Source of the DNA: Clostridiales bacterium
GTDB taxonomy: Bacteria; Bacillota; Clostridia; DUOD01
Length of the DNA stretch: 64,000 bases
Direction of reading: 5' to 3'
Assembly (NCBI GenBank): GCA_012838995.1
Contig: DUOD01000063.1
Span: 1,383 to 65,382, forward strand
Position numbers and translations under genes: made by a program. This document shows positions 10,348 to 20,272 of this stretch, one piece after another (position 1 is the stretch's first letter; every line of letters begins with the position of its first letter). A model generated the notes under the pieces. The model was not told where the DNA came from. It saw nothing but the letters and a program-made list of their open reading frames with translations, and did not search any database.

Positions 10348-10893
10348 TTACCGGTTATTCTCATAAATTTCCGGTTTTAAAATAGAAACATAGGGCAGAT
10401 TTCTGTATTTTTCGGCATAATCCAGGCCGTATCCTACCACAAACTCATCGGGTATATCAAAACCCTTGTAATCAACCTTAACATCCACCATCCTACGGCT
10501 GGGTTTATCCAAAAAACAACATATCTTTATGCTGGAAGGCTTTCTGGATTTTAAGTTGTCCACCAAATAGTTGAGGGTAAGGCCCGTATCCACTATATCT
10601 TCAACTATGAGTACGTGTTTGCCTTCTATAATTTCATCCAAGTCCTTCAATATCCTGACAACACCGGAGGAGTGTGTCGCATCGCCATAACTGGAAACCG
10701 CAATAAAGTCCATAACTATGGGCAGTTTTATTTCCCTTGCCAAGTCTGAAAAAAACATCACGGCTCCCTTTAATACACCTATCAAAACCAATTCTTTGCC
10801 CGCATAGTCACGGGTTATTTGCTGTCCCAATTCCCGTACCCGTTTAGTTAACTCTTCCTGGGAAATTAGTATCTTGCTTTGATCCCTTTCCAT
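10348..10893 (-). CDS. hpt: Hypoxanthine phosphoribosyltransferase
   Basis: VLIVEDIVDTGLT and FVVGYGLD motifs; tilS-hpt-ftsH synteny. Confidence 0.97.
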   Translation of the reverse strand: MERDQSKILISQEELTKRVRELGQQITRDYAGKELVLIGVLKGAVMFFSDLAREIKLPIVMDFIAVSSYGDATHSSGVVRILKDLDEIIEGKHVLIVEDIVDTGLTLNYLVDNLKSRKPSSIKICCFLDKPSRRMVDVKVDYKGFDIPDEFVVGYGLDYAEKYRNLPYVSILKPEIYENNR

Positions 10894-10939
10894 ACATTTC
10901 CTCCCCATTTCGCTCTTTTTATATAAATACAAACCAAAG

Positions 10940-12328
10940 TTATTGATATTTTAAATAAAGGACCTCTTTTGTTTGGCCTGTAACTTTATGTTTCTCACTA
11001 ATTCTATATCCTATTACCCATAACACCGTGTTATCTATTGTAACCAAAGGTAAAGTATCCCTTTGTTCTTTAGGTATTTTTGTATCTATAAAAAAGTCCT
11101 TTAATTTTTTTGTGCCCTTCATACCCAATGGGGTAAAAAGATCGCCCGGACGCCTGTTCCTTACCATTATTTCGGAAGTAATACTACCGCCGTCCAAAAA
11201 GGCGGTATTTGGCGTTTTGGGCAGGTTACTATACTGCTCCTTGCTTATTATTTGGGCATAAAGGGTGCTGTTTAATTCTTTTATATATATATATCCAGGA
11301 ATGGCGATTTTGTAACAAAATGACGGGACGTCGGACAATTTATTTGGTTCCAAAATTATTTCGTTATAGCATACCCTAAATCTGTAACCCCCGGGAAGGA
11401 TATAACGGGCCCCAACATCGGCATTAAGGGAAAAATCCATCATTTTTTGCGCATGTTGGTATTCCAAGGACTTTGTATCTCCTTTAAGCCTTTTAACCGC
11501 CAATCGCAGCACCCTGCTAAACAGGGCGGGATGTAATTTGTTTATGGCCTGTCTGTCGACCACCACCCTGTCTTCCGTTACCCTGGATATCCCTTTAAAA
11601 ATTTCCTCGGCTTTCATATTCAAATACCTGTTATCCCGGTCGATTATATTCCTGGTTTTATACAGGGTATCGACAATCGCCGGGTTAAAATTCTTTTGGA
11701 TATACGGGATTAACTCCAGCCGGATCTTATTGCGGGTATATATTTGCATTTCATTGGTACTGTCTATCCTGTAGGGGATATTGTTTGAGTGACAATATAC
11801 CTCTATCTCATCCCTGGAAACCTCTATCAGCGGCCTAATAACGTTGTTACTGATGGGCTTAATACCGGTAAGCCCGTCGGCACCCGCTCCCCTAATAAAG
11901 TTAAACAACATGGTCTCGCAGTTATCATTTTTGTTATGGGCGGTAGCCACCTTGTTGCCGCCGATTTTCTTGAGCACATCGTTAAAAAAAGCGTATCTTA
12001 CATGCCTGCCCGCCAACTCCAAGGAAATGCCCCGCTCCTTTGCCAACAAATCCACCTTTTGTTCATGCAGATAGAAATCAAAGCCCATTCTACTGGCATG
12101 GTATTCAACGAATTGGGCATCTTCCTTGGACTGCCGGCCCCTTAAACCATGATCCACATGGGCCACTACTATAAAAATATCGTATTCATCCTGCAGGCGC
12201 TTTAGTATGTGCAGTAGGCACATGGAATCCGGCCCGCCCGACACACCAGCCACTATACGGTCCCCGGGCTGGATTAAACCATACCTGTATATGGTTTGCT
12301 TAACCTTTTCCATCATAACCAATTCCAT
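10940..12328 (-). CDS. tilS: tRNA(Ile)-lysidine synthase
   Basis: SGGPDS PP-loop; YTRNKIR and KLKDFFID motifs. Confidence 0.97.
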   Translation of the reverse strand: MELVMMEKVKQTIYRYGLIQPGDRIVAGVSGGPDSMCLLHILKRLQDEYDIFIVVAHVDHGLRGRQSKEDAQFVEYHASRMGFDFYLHEQKVDLLAKERGISLELAGRHVRYAFFNDVLKKIGGNKVATAHNKNDNCETMLFNFIRGAGADGLTGIKPISNNVIRPLIEVSRDEIEVYCHSNNIPYRIDSTNEMQIYTRNKIRLELIPYIQKNFNPAIVDTLYKTRNIIDRDNRYLNMKAEEIFKGISRVTEDRVVVDRQAINKLHPALFSRVLRLAVKRLKGDTKSLEYQHAQKMMDFSLNADVGARYILPGGYRFRVCYNEIILEPNKLSDVPSFCYKIAIPGYIYIKELNSTLYAQIISKEQYSNLPKTPNTAFLDGGSITSEIMVRNRRPGDLFTPLGMKGTKKLKDFFIDTKIPKEQRDTLPLVTIDNTVLWVIGYRISEKHKVTGQTKEVLYLKYQ

Positions 12329-12443
12329 CCCAGCCTACTTGTAATCCCAACGCAACGAACAAAAAGCATTTCATTTAATTCTATCAAAACCTACAGGTGT
12401 ATGCAATAATATACCCATAAAAAATAGGACTGAAACCCAGTCC

Positions 12444-14837
12444 TCAGCATTTTAATAATCTCGCCACCATGACGGTCATATCATCCTCCAAATTGCCGCC
12501 ACAGTACTTTAAGGCCGTTTCCATTATTAATTCCGACATTTGTTGGGGATTTTTTGTTTTTATATCCATCAGCACTTCCTTCATCCAAGCTTCGGTATCC
12601 GTACAGTTTTTATTGGCCTCCAATACGCCGTCGGTCATCATGATTATAAAATCATCGGCCTTGAGTTTCGTGTAACTGTTTTCCACTTTAATGTCCATAA
12701 GTATGCCAATGGGCAGGGTAGAAGCCTTTATGGTTTGCACGCCGTCCCCCCGCTTTATAAAAGAAGGCGGCGCCCCAATTTTAATGAATTCTCCCAACCC
12801 ATCCACCAAATCTATAAAGCAAATATCTGCCGTGGCAAAACTTTCATCATTATTTCTTAACAATAATGCTGAGTTTATGGTCTTTATGGTTATGTCCTTG
12901 CCAAACCCCGCTTCCATAAACTGTTCTATCAAGTTGACGGTAGCCTCGCTTTGTTCCCTGGCCTTTAGACCGGTACCCATACCGTCGCTAAGAATCAACA
13001 TATATTTTCCGTTTCGAATATAGCCAAAAGAATAACTGTCCCCGGAAACACCGTCCTTTAGTTTACTCCTCCTACATACACCCGTTACCACCTCAAAGCT
13101 ATCGGCCTCGTAAAACTGCAGAATACATCTATGCCTGATTTTACCCGGTTGTTTACAGTCGCTCTTACATACCATTTTTCTGCCCACTGCCTTGGACACC
13201 GTATGCTCTATATGGCTTATACACGACCTGAATGTTCCTTTGCATTGGATGGGGGTCAGCGTTATCTCCAGCTTTCCGTCCTTGTTTTCACCGACGGTGA
13301 TACTATCCACCGCTACACCCGCCCTATCCATGGCAAAATGCAGTACTTCGGAAATCTCGTCTTTGAAGGTGATGTCCATGCTGACTTCGGCAGCCAGCTC
13401 GTCGATTGAACGGGCTATGCCTTCCAGTTGTTGGGCCACCAGTTCCTTACTTTCGCTTAATCTGGTTTTCCACTTGTGATTAAGGGTGTATAGTTCATAG
13501 GTTGCATTCATTTGCCTTACTATATCGTCCACCTTTATACATTTCTTTATTAAATCAACGGGTATGGAAGCCTTGTCGATATTCCCGCTGTCCTCCAACC
13601 TTTCAAGACTGTCGAAAAATACGTTGTAGGTATTGTAAAAATCCCTTTGCCAGCAGGTACTGAATAATACACATTGGCTACATGTCTTTTCTACTACGTG
13701 ATTTAAAAAACCGGTAACATCCTGATTCTTTTCAATCTTCCCTCCACCGATTTTTTTAAAGGTTCTGGCCAGCTCCACAAAAACCCTGGAAAATTCCTTT
13801 AACTGGTCTGTCGTCAGTTCCTTTATCTCCTTGCTGTACATATTTTCCATGTATTTTTTGTACATGGATATATCCGTATATTTACTTATTCGGTCAATAA
13901 CCCCTTTGGGTATTAATAACAGTATTGCAAGGGCAACTATTATTTCTCCAACAGGTATCATAACGCTGGTGGACCGGTTGATGTAATAAGTAACAACCGC
14001 ATTGGCCAATAAAAAACTTATACCGCTACCCATTTTGCCCAGGCCTCTGAATAAACCGGCCGTCATTGCACAAATGCCATAGTTTATGATTGCAATGGGG
14101 TATGGATTGATACTGCTAAGGGTCATGGTCAGGCCCACCAAAATACCCATTACCGTTCCCGTCCCCGGGCCGCCGATATAAGAGAAAAGCAAAACCAGAA
14201 CCAAGCCCAGAACGTTCTTTACGGATACGCCCAAGGGGCGAAAATCAAAAAAACCGCATACAAACAGTATAACAATAATGCCTATGGATATCTGTTCTTC
14301 GGTGGTCAACATTTTACGTTTCCACTTGGACACAAGGACACTGCATCCCTTTTGGAACAAATAGGCCAACATGGGTATGCTAAGGCCTTCCAGCAATAAG
14401 AGGGAGAAATCGTAATAATATATACCCTGGGTCAAAAGCTTGATAAAGGAAGGTAAAAAAAAGGATAAAAAAACACAGGTTAAATACAGTTTTTTCTTTT
14501 TAACATCTATAAAATTTTTACCGATCAGTAACCCCATTAACATCATGGGTATGCCGTATTTTAGTATGCGCATGTCTATACCCGTGGATATCAGACCCAG
14601 GATAACCAAAAATCCCGTGACCATATATCTACTGTCTATCATCAGCAATGCGCACCACAGAGCCAAACCGAAGGGATAAAGCCCGCCAAACAAAGAAGCC
14701 CTAGCCAAAAAGAAGATAAAGACAAGCAAAATGGCCAGTTTAACGTTATGGGATACCGTCATCCTATCAGATGAAATCTTTTTTGTAGATTTTTTAATAG
14801 GATTTTTAAATGCCAAAGCTTGTCCTTTGTTAAACAT
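12444..14837 (-). CDS. spoIIE: Stage II sporulation protein E (membrane PP2C phosphatase)
   Basis: About 10 TM helices, C..C..C region, SGDS, LSDGMG, TDG and DDMT PP2C motifs; position between tRNAs and tilS. Confidence 0.96.
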   Translation of the reverse strand: MFNKGQALAFKNPIKKSTKKISSDRMTVSHNVKLAILLVFIFFLARASLFGGLYPFGLALWCALLMIDSRYMVTGFLVILGLISTGIDMRILKYGIPMMLMGLLIGKNFIDVKKKKLYLTCVFLSFFLPSFIKLLTQGIYYYDFSLLLLEGLSIPMLAYLFQKGCSVLVSKWKRKMLTTEEQISIGIIVILFVCGFFDFRPLGVSVKNVLGLVLVLLFSYIGGPGTGTVMGILVGLTMTLSSINPYPIAIINYGICAMTAGLFRGLGKMGSGISFLLANAVVTYYINRSTSVMIPVGEIIVALAILLLIPKGVIDRISKYTDISMYKKYMENMYSKEIKELTTDQLKEFSRVFVELARTFKKIGGGKIEKNQDVTGFLNHVVEKTCSQCVLFSTCWQRDFYNTYNVFFDSLERLEDSGNIDKASIPVDLIKKCIKVDDIVRQMNATYELYTLNHKWKTRLSESKELVAQQLEGIARSIDELAAEVSMDITFKDEISEVLHFAMDRAGVAVDSITVGENKDGKLEITLTPIQCKGTFRSCISHIEHTVSKAVGRKMVCKSDCKQPGKIRHRCILQFYEADSFEVVTGVCRRSKLKDGVSGDSYSFGYIRNGKYMLILSDGMGTGLKAREQSEATVNLIEQFMEAGFGKDITIKTINSALLLRNNDESFATADICFIDLVDGLGEFIKIGAPPSFIKRGDGVQTIKASTLPIGILMDIKVENSYTKLKADDFIIMMTDGVLEANKNCTDTEAWMKEVLMDIKTKNPQQMSELIMETALKYCGGNLEDDMTVMVARLLKC

Positions 14838-14874
14838 GTAACCACCACCTACAGTAATAAAATCAAGCAATAGC

Positions 14875-14941
14875 ATTATATCAAAAGCAAGCTGAATTAT
14901 TTGTCATTATAGGTAGTGGTTAAATAAAAAGTTTATGACAA
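14875..14941 (-). promoter_or_regulatory. Spo0A-dependent sigma-A promoter of spoIIE
   Basis: Minus strand ATGACA-N21-TATAAT, the long spacer typical of spoIIE/spoIIG promoters, with 0A-like boxes TGACAAA and TGTCATA. Confidence 0.6.
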
Positions 14942-15030
14942 AATCTTAAATCATTCCCATATAAATAACCTATATAGACATAACGGCCTTGGCAAATAAA
15001 AAAAACCAGACATTACCTGGTTTTAATCTT

Positions 15031-15106
15031 TGGTGGGCGCAACAGGGCTCGAACCTATGACCCCCTGCTTGTAAGGCAGGTGCTCTCCCAGCTGAGCTAT
15101 GCGCCC
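15031..15106 (-). tRNA. tRNA-Val(TAC)
   Basis: GGGCGCATAGCTCAG...CCTGCCT TAC AAGCAGG...GGTTCGAG...CCA cloverleaf. Confidence 0.97.
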
Positions 15107-15177
15107 ACACTCTAGAAGTTAGGTACAGGTATCCGATTTTCCGCTTTCCTGTATAACTTCCCTATATTTTTTTAAAA

Positions 15178-15252
15178 TGGTGACCCCTAGGGGACTCGAA
15201 CCCCTGTTACCGCCGTGAAAGGGCGGTGTCTTAACCGCTTGACCAAGGGGCC
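15178..15252 (-). tRNA. tRNA-Glu(TTC)
   Basis: GGCCCCTTGGTCAAGCGG...CCGCCCT TTC ACGGCGG...GTTCGAG...CCA. Confidence 0.97.
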
Positions 15253-15261
15253 AGGTTAACT

Positions 15262-15338
15262 TGGTAGCGGCGAACGGATTCGAACCGCTGACACTGCGGG
15301 TATGAACCGCATGCTCTAGCCAACTGAGCTACGCCGCC
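15262..15338 (-). tRNA. tRNA-Met(CAT), elongator type
   Basis: GGCGGCGTAGCTCAG...GCGGTT CAT ACCCGC...GTTCGAATCC...CCA. Confidence 0.93.
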
Positions 15339-15351
15339 ATAATTATAGTAT

Positions 15352-15431
<80 letters not shown>

Positions 15432-15459
15432 TTATATTCTCTATACCATTGGCACTACC

Positions 15460-15549
15460 TGGTGCCGGAGACCGGAATCGAACCGGTACGGTCTTATGGG
15501 GACCGCGGGATTTTAAGTCCTGTGCGTCTGCCAGTTCCGCCACTCCGGC
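15460..15549 (-). tRNA. tRNA-Leu(TAA)
   Basis: GCCGGAGTGGCGGAACTGGCAGACGC...GACT TAA AATCC, long variable arm, CCA. Confidence 0.96.
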
Positions 15550-15575
15550 GAACTGTGACCTTGACGACGAATATT

Positions 15576-15604
15576 ATTTTATAATAAACCACACGCTGAG
15601 TCAA
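15576..15604 (-). promoter_or_regulatory. Sigma-A promoter of the tRNA operon
   Basis: Minus strand TTGACT-N17-TAAAAT just upstream of tRNA-Leu. Confidence 0.65.
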
Positions 15605-15664
15605 TAGTTGTTATTGTCTTCTACCCATTATTTTTTAAACTATCCCTTTATAGTTGCCCAATAT

Positions 15665-16594
15665 TCAATATTGCTCAATATTACTGACCATTATATAGTT
15701 TTTAATTATATAACCCTCTAGGCTGTCCTGATCCCTTGTTACCAGACTCGAAATATTCAGCCTTTCCATAAGGTACCTGAGGATAAAGGTACCCTGGGCT
15801 ATTATGTCCGCCCTCTTTTTTTGTATAATTTTAATTGCTTGTTTTTGCTCCAAGGTGGTATTAAACAGATAAAGGCTAAGCTCTGCCACCCTACCAACGG
15901 TGAGGCGATAATCATTGATCAACCTACTGTCATAAACGGTGAGCCCTTGATCCAGTGCTGCAAGGCTGACAACGGTACCGCCGACTCCGATGCACGCGCA
16001 ATCTATTATATCATATTTTTCTATATTGGCAAATATCCCGTCTAAATACCTCTTCATTTCCGATATGATAGATTGATCGACTGGATAGCTAGGCTTAAAG
16101 GTTTCCGTCAATTTAACGGCACCAACATTATAACTGTCGGCCATAAGGATATTGCTACCCTTTCCGAAGACTATCTCGGTACTGCCTCCGCCAATATCAA
16201 TAATTGTATGTTTTTTAGAATTACTCGTCAAACCTACGGCGCCCAAATAAGACAGGGCAGCCTCCTGTTGTCCCGATAGGATATCCACCGTTATATTAAA
16301 CCTGTTTTTGCATATATCGATAAAGTCCTGGGCATTTCGTGCATCCCTTAACGGGCTGGTGGCGATACAGTTTATTTGGTCCACCCCATAAACCCGGGCC
16401 ATCCTTATCATCCCATCTATAACCTTTACCGTTCTTTCCGTGGCCCCTTGGCTTATAAAACCACCGTCTCGTACATGCTGGCCTATCCTTGTTATACAGG
16501 ATTGTTTATATAAAGGCTTAAAACCATCCTTAAAAACTTGGGCAATAAATATCCTGACGGAATTATTACCAATATCTATTACCGCTACCCTCAC
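15665..16594 (-). CDS. ppx: Ppx/GppA family exopolyphosphatase (short form)
   Basis: DIGNNSVR, ATSPLRDA, DIGGGSTE and RADII motifs. GTG start at 16594 after AAGGAG. Confidence 0.9.
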   Translation of the reverse strand: MRVAVIDIGNNSVRIFIAQVFKDGFKPLYKQSCITRIGQHVRDGGFISQGATERTVKVIDGMIRMARVYGVDQINCIATSPLRDARNAQDFIDICKNRFNITVDILSGQQEAALSYLGAVGLTSNSKKHTIIDIGGGSTEIVFGKGSNILMADSYNVGAVKLTETFKPSYPVDQSIISEMKRYLDGIFANIEKYDIIDCACIGVGGTVVSLAALDQGLTVYDSRLINDYRLTVGRVAELSLYLFNTTLEQKQAIKIIQKKRADIIAQGTFILRYLMERLNISSLVTRDQDSLEGYIIKNYIMVSNIEQY

Positions 16595-16670
16595 AAATAT
16601 TCTCCTTCTATGCACCTGAAAATTCTAAAAGCATTTCACCGAGTGAAATGCTTTTATATTCTAAATTTAA

Positions 16671-17108
16671 TTAATATTGTCCACTGCTTCGGCGGGAAAA
16701 CCCCCTTCTTCTCTTCGCTTCCCTGTTTCTTCTTATGTCTTGTAATTTTTCCTCACTGTCCCTGAAAAACTTGGAAAGCCTGTCTTCAAAGGATAAGTTG
16801 TCCGGTTCACGTCTGACTGAGTCCCAGTTAAATTCCATGGGATTTGAACTCTTGTTTCCTTGAAGATTCTTCCTTTCGTTAGCCCTTCTAATGGATAAGC
16901 TAATCTTTCCGTCATCGTCGATGGACAGCACCTTTACTTTTACCCTATCCTTTTCTTTTAAGTGCATATGGATGTCCTTTACATAACTGTCGGCTACTTC
17001 TGAGATATGCACCATTCCCGTCTTTCCTTCCGGAAGCTGGATAAAGGCACCAAAGCTGGTAATTCCGGAAACCACGCCCTCGACTATTTTACCTACCTCC
17101 ACCGGCAT
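16671..17108 (-). CDS. yabR: S1-domain RNA-binding protein
   Basis: GITSFGAF...GMVHISEV S1 domain; SFEDRLSKF...SEEK tail. Confidence 0.9.
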   Translation of the reverse strand: MPVEVGKIVEGVVSGITSFGAFIQLPEGKTGMVHISEVADSYVKDIHMHLKEKDRVKVKVLSIDDDGKISLSIRRANERKNLQGNKSSNPMEFNWDSVRREPDNLSFEDRLSKFFRDSEEKLQDIRRNREAKRRRGFSRRSSGQY

Positions 17109-17220
17109 ATTAATGGGTAATCCTCCTTTGATCTTTACATTTATTTATTTTTCCCTTAGAGGGATCATTACATATCATTATATATTAGGCGCATTTTTGG
17201 TGTCAATGAAATACTTGCGC

Positions 17221-17523
17221 TTATTCAACAGGCATGTACTTTATTTCCCCTTCCTTAACCATACCCAGTTTTTCTCGGGCTGCGTTCTCCACAAACTCAT
17301 CGGTATCCGCCGCATTTATTTGCTGCTTTATATATTCATTCTCCTTCTTCAAATCCTCGATTTTGCTTATTATTTGAGATTTATCCTTGTTAAGCCTGTT
17401 TAGTTCCAGCTGTTGTGTGACAAGGGTGGAAACCACCACCAAAGCTACCAGTAAAAATAAGAATATTTTAAGTCGGGGTTTCATCCTATACCTGGCCATG
17501 GGCGCCTCCTTATCCCTATACAA
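17221..17523 (-). CDS. divIC: Septum formation initiator DivIC/FtsB
   Basis: One TM helix, a coiled coil and the AREKLGMVKEGE motif. Confidence 0.9.
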   Translation of the reverse strand: MYRDKEAPMARYRMKPRLKIFLFLLVALVVVSTLVTQQLELNRLNKDKSQIISKIEDLKKENEYIKQQINAADTDEFVENAAREKLGMVKEGEIKYMPVE

Positions 17524-17560
17524 TACTGTATTTTCCTACATAACACTGTATTGGATTTAT

Positions 17561-17585
17561 ATTCGACATAACTTATAAATATCCT
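17561..17585 (-). promoter_or_regulatory. Sigma-H promoter of divIC with overlapping perfect Spo0A box
   Basis: Minus strand AGGA-N17-GAAT; TGTCGAA (17562-17568) overlaps the -10. Confidence 0.6.
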
Positions 17586-17601
17586 TTTTTTATATCAAAG
17601 T

Positions 17602-18120
17602 TTATATGGTCTTCCTGTTTTTAAAGATAAAACCCAACAATCCCCTTGAATGACTACTCTTTTTTTCACCACCTTTGGCCTCATCCCTAGGCTTAAACAA
17701 TACAGTCCATGGTGCTGCGGACCATTTTATTATTCCTCTTATTATTCTGCTTGCCCAATTGTATATAAAATCAAGAATAATTGCTACGGGTTTGCCCAGC
17801 GTAAGCTTATATAACAGCCAGCCTAAAACGAAACCTATTACTATATAACCCCTTATCTGTCCGTAATTTATATGATAGACAAAATAGAAAAACAATAACG
17901 CAGCAGCTACGCAAAACAATAAATCGATAAACCCCGTTACTATTTTATTAAGGGCCCATTTCATCTTAAAAAACCTGTATATATCAAAGGCCATGCCTAC
18001 CATCCCGCCGCATACCACTAAACAACCAAATACTATGGTTTGGTTTATTGTCTCTCCGTCCATAATAAACCCCCTGGAATTTTGGTTTTGCTTGTCCCCA
18101 TATTTAATAAAAACTATCAT
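17602..18120 (-). CDS. yabQ: Spore cortex biosynthesis protein YabQ
   Basis: FDIYR, DLLF and NYGQIRGY motifs; follows yabP. Alternative start at 18063. Confidence 0.88.
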   Translation of the reverse strand: MIVFIKYGDKQNQNSRGFIMDGETINQTIVFGCLVVCGGMVGMAFDIYRFFKMKWALNKIVTGFIDLLFCVAAALLFFYFVYHINYGQIRGYIVIGFVLGWLLYKLTLGKPVAIILDFIYNWASRIIRGIIKWSAAPWTVLFKPRDEAKGGEKKSSHSRGLLGFIFKNRKTI

Positions 18121-18419
18121 TTAAAGAGTTTCCCGAACAAGCCCCCGCCTTGGCCCCCCAGCCCTTCACTGTCGGTATAATCGATTGCAATTATAAGCCC
18201 CTCCACTATTAGTTGGCCCTCATCGAGGTTTAGCTTATTTATATGCAAATCGTCCCCCTTTACAGCCAGGAAACCGTCCTCCAGCACCAATATGACCATT
18301 TCGGCATTGAAACTCTCCACGTCTTCGACGCCGTTAATGGTAATCCTTTCCCGATTCTCTATAAAAATACTATGGGCCTTGGACCTGTTTATCCTTTTTT
18401 CTTCCATTTCCCTTGCCAT
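18117..18419 (-). CDS. yabP: Sporulation protein YabP
   Basis: NRERITINGVEDVESF and LHINKLNL motifs; FGKLFK end. Confidence 0.93.
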   Translation of the reverse strand: MAREMEEKRINRSKAHSIFIENRERITINGVEDVESFNAEMVILVLEDGFLAVKGDDLHINKLNLDEGQLIVEGLIIAIDYTDSEGLGGQGGGLFGKLFK

Positions 18420-18447
18420 TTTTTCACCTCCATTCTTCTATCTAGAT

Positions 18448-18475
18448 ATGTATGCATGTATCACAACATTTATTA
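18448..18475 (-). promoter_or_regulatory. Sigma-E promoter of yabPQ
   Basis: Minus strand TAATA-N16-CATACAT; yabPQ is sigma-E controlled in Bacillus subtilis. Confidence 0.55.
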
Positions 18476-18501
18476 CAAAAAATAAAGAGCCTGACGGCTC
18501 T

Positions 18502-19488
18502 TTATTCCCACATCTTAACTACTTTAACGTTTCTGAAATAGTGGTTTATTATATCCTCGCTGCTTTTGCCCTGTTTAGCCATTGCAAAGGCTCCCCATTG
18601 GGACATTCCCACGCCGTGGCCGTATCCCCTGCCTCTGATCACCACCTTATCGCCCTGTAACTGTATATCATCGATTAAAGTGGATTTCATCTTGGTACTG
18701 TCCAGCGCAAGGCGGACCTCGGCGGCCGGATACTGCTCCTGACCGAATTTTATCATGGTTGCCCTGCCCGACGGCCCCCTTTGGGAAATTGTAATATCGT
18801 CAAAATCCCCGACTTGCATGCCCTTTGTACCTAGGGCATTTATTACTTCTTGCTTGGTATACACGGCGCTCCAGTTACTGTCTTCCCGGGGCGCTTCAGG
18901 GGAATCGGGAGAATTCACCACATGGATGTAGGGAGGTTCCTGTTTGTCATAATTAAGGCCTTCCTTAGCTGTAGCGGTTTTCCCTCCGGCATGGGCATGA
19001 AACCATGCATTTATAAATTGATTGTTATGAACTATTACCTTACCCCTGGTACTGTCTACCGCCTTCCTTATCTTATCGTTTACTTCCCCCATATTCCATG
19101 CCTGGGCCTCTTCAATGTCAGTGGATATATCCGCCCCTGAATATTTCGATCCTCCTTTTTCAGAGACAAAATTTAATACAAAGGTCCTGGCTATTATTGC
19201 CTGGGCAGCCAATGCCTTCTCCGGCCATGTGTTTTTCATCTCCCCCGCTACAACACCGTACAGATATTCCTCGAGGTTCATTTGCTTAACGGTTTTCTCG
19301 TCGGCCAGGTATACCTTCAGCCTGGGCTCTTGATTGGCACCCCGCCGTATACGCTCAGGAATATCAGGCTTTACATCCCGCTGTCCCTCGGAGGGAGGGG
19401 GCATCCTTTTTACCCTACATCCAACAAAAGATAAGGCTAAAGCAAAAATCGTAAACAATACCGTTAATCTTATAAATTTTTTTGACAT
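18502..19488 (-). CDS. SpoIID/LytB-domain lipoprotein
   Basis: Lipobox FVGC; EEYLYGVVAGEM, ALAAQAIIART and GYGHGVGMSQWGA motifs. Confidence 0.88.
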   Translation of the reverse strand: MSKKFIRLTVLFTIFALALSFVGCRVKRMPPPSEGQRDVKPDIPERIRRGANQEPRLKVYLADEKTVKQMNLEEYLYGVVAGEMKNTWPEKALAAQAIIARTFVLNFVSEKGGSKYSGADISTDIEEAQAWNMGEVNDKIRKAVDSTRGKVIVHNNQFINAWFHAHAGGKTATAKEGLNYDKQEPPYIHVVNSPDSPEAPREDSNWSAVYTKQEVINALGTKGMQVGDFDDITISQRGPSGRATMIKFGQEQYPAAEVRLALDSTKMKSTLIDDIQLQGDKVVIRGRGYGHGVGMSQWGAFAMAKQGKSSEDIINHYFRNVKVVKMWE

Positions 19489-19580
19489 AAAATTATCCCT
19501 CCCGGTTTTCCTTATTCCATATTATTTGTTAATATGGCTAATTAAATTATGTAATTGGTGGAAACCAAGAGGGAACACCG

Positions 19581-19820
19581 TTATAATTTTTTAAACAATT
19601 GGGCAGCCTCATTCTTTTTTACAGTCTCATTGATGTCAAGTACTTCATACCTGCTCGATTGATCGCCGAACTTTATTTCCAAGATATCACCTATTTTCAC
19701 TTCACTTCCTGGCTTTGCTATCCTTCCGTTGATCCTTACCCTGCCCAGACTGCATGCCTCTTTTGCCACAGTCCTTCTTTTTATTAATCTGGAAACCTTT
19801 AAAAATTTGTCTAGTCTCAT
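19581..19820 (-). CDS. yabO: S4-domain RNA-binding protein (YabO/RqcP)
   Basis: MRLDKFLKVSRLIKRRTVAKE. Confidence 0.93.
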   Translation of the reverse strand: MRLDKFLKVSRLIKRRTVAKEACSLGRVRINGRIAKPGSEVKIGDILEIKFGDQSSRYEVLDINETVKKNEAAQLFKKL

Positions 19821-19889
19821 AATTCCCCCATAATAATTAAACGATGCTAATATTAAAAAGCCAGGCCTCGACCTGACTTTTTAAAATCA

Positions 19890-20162
19890 TTAGTTAACTG
19901 CGTCTTTTAGCGCTTTTCCGGCCTTAAAAACAGGAGCCTTTGAAGCGGGAATGATTATTTCTTCTCTGGTCTGGGGATTCCTACCTCTCCTTTCAGCCCT
20001 TTCCCTCACTTCAAAGGTACCAAAACCTACCAATTGGACTTTATCATTTCTCGCCAACGCCTCTTGTACACTTGCCACAAAAGCATTTAGTGCTTTTTCG
20101 GCATCTTTTTTGGTTAAGTCGCTTTTTTCCGCAATACTAGCAATTAATTCAGCCTTGTTCAT
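19890..20162 (-). CDS. hup: DNA-binding protein HU
   Basis: MNKAELI, GFGTF and GRNPQT motifs. Confidence 0.97.
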   Translation of the reverse strand: MNKAELIASIAEKSDLTKKDAEKALNAFVASVQEALARNDKVQLVGFGTFEVRERAERRGRNPQTREEIIIPASKAPVFKAGKALKDAVN

Positions 20163-20197
20163 ACTTGTTCCCTCCTTTAAATCAGTTCCTTTAGCAT

Positions 20198-20222
20198 ATT
20201 CGCTATTTTTCTTTAAATTCCT
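20198..20222 (-). promoter_or_regulatory. Sigma-H promoter of hup
   Basis: Minus strand AGGA-N17-GAAT. Confidence 0.55.
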
Positions 20223-20272
20223 TCTTTTTGGTAAAAATTTTTTTGATTTTTGTTTAAAATGACACTTAACGA

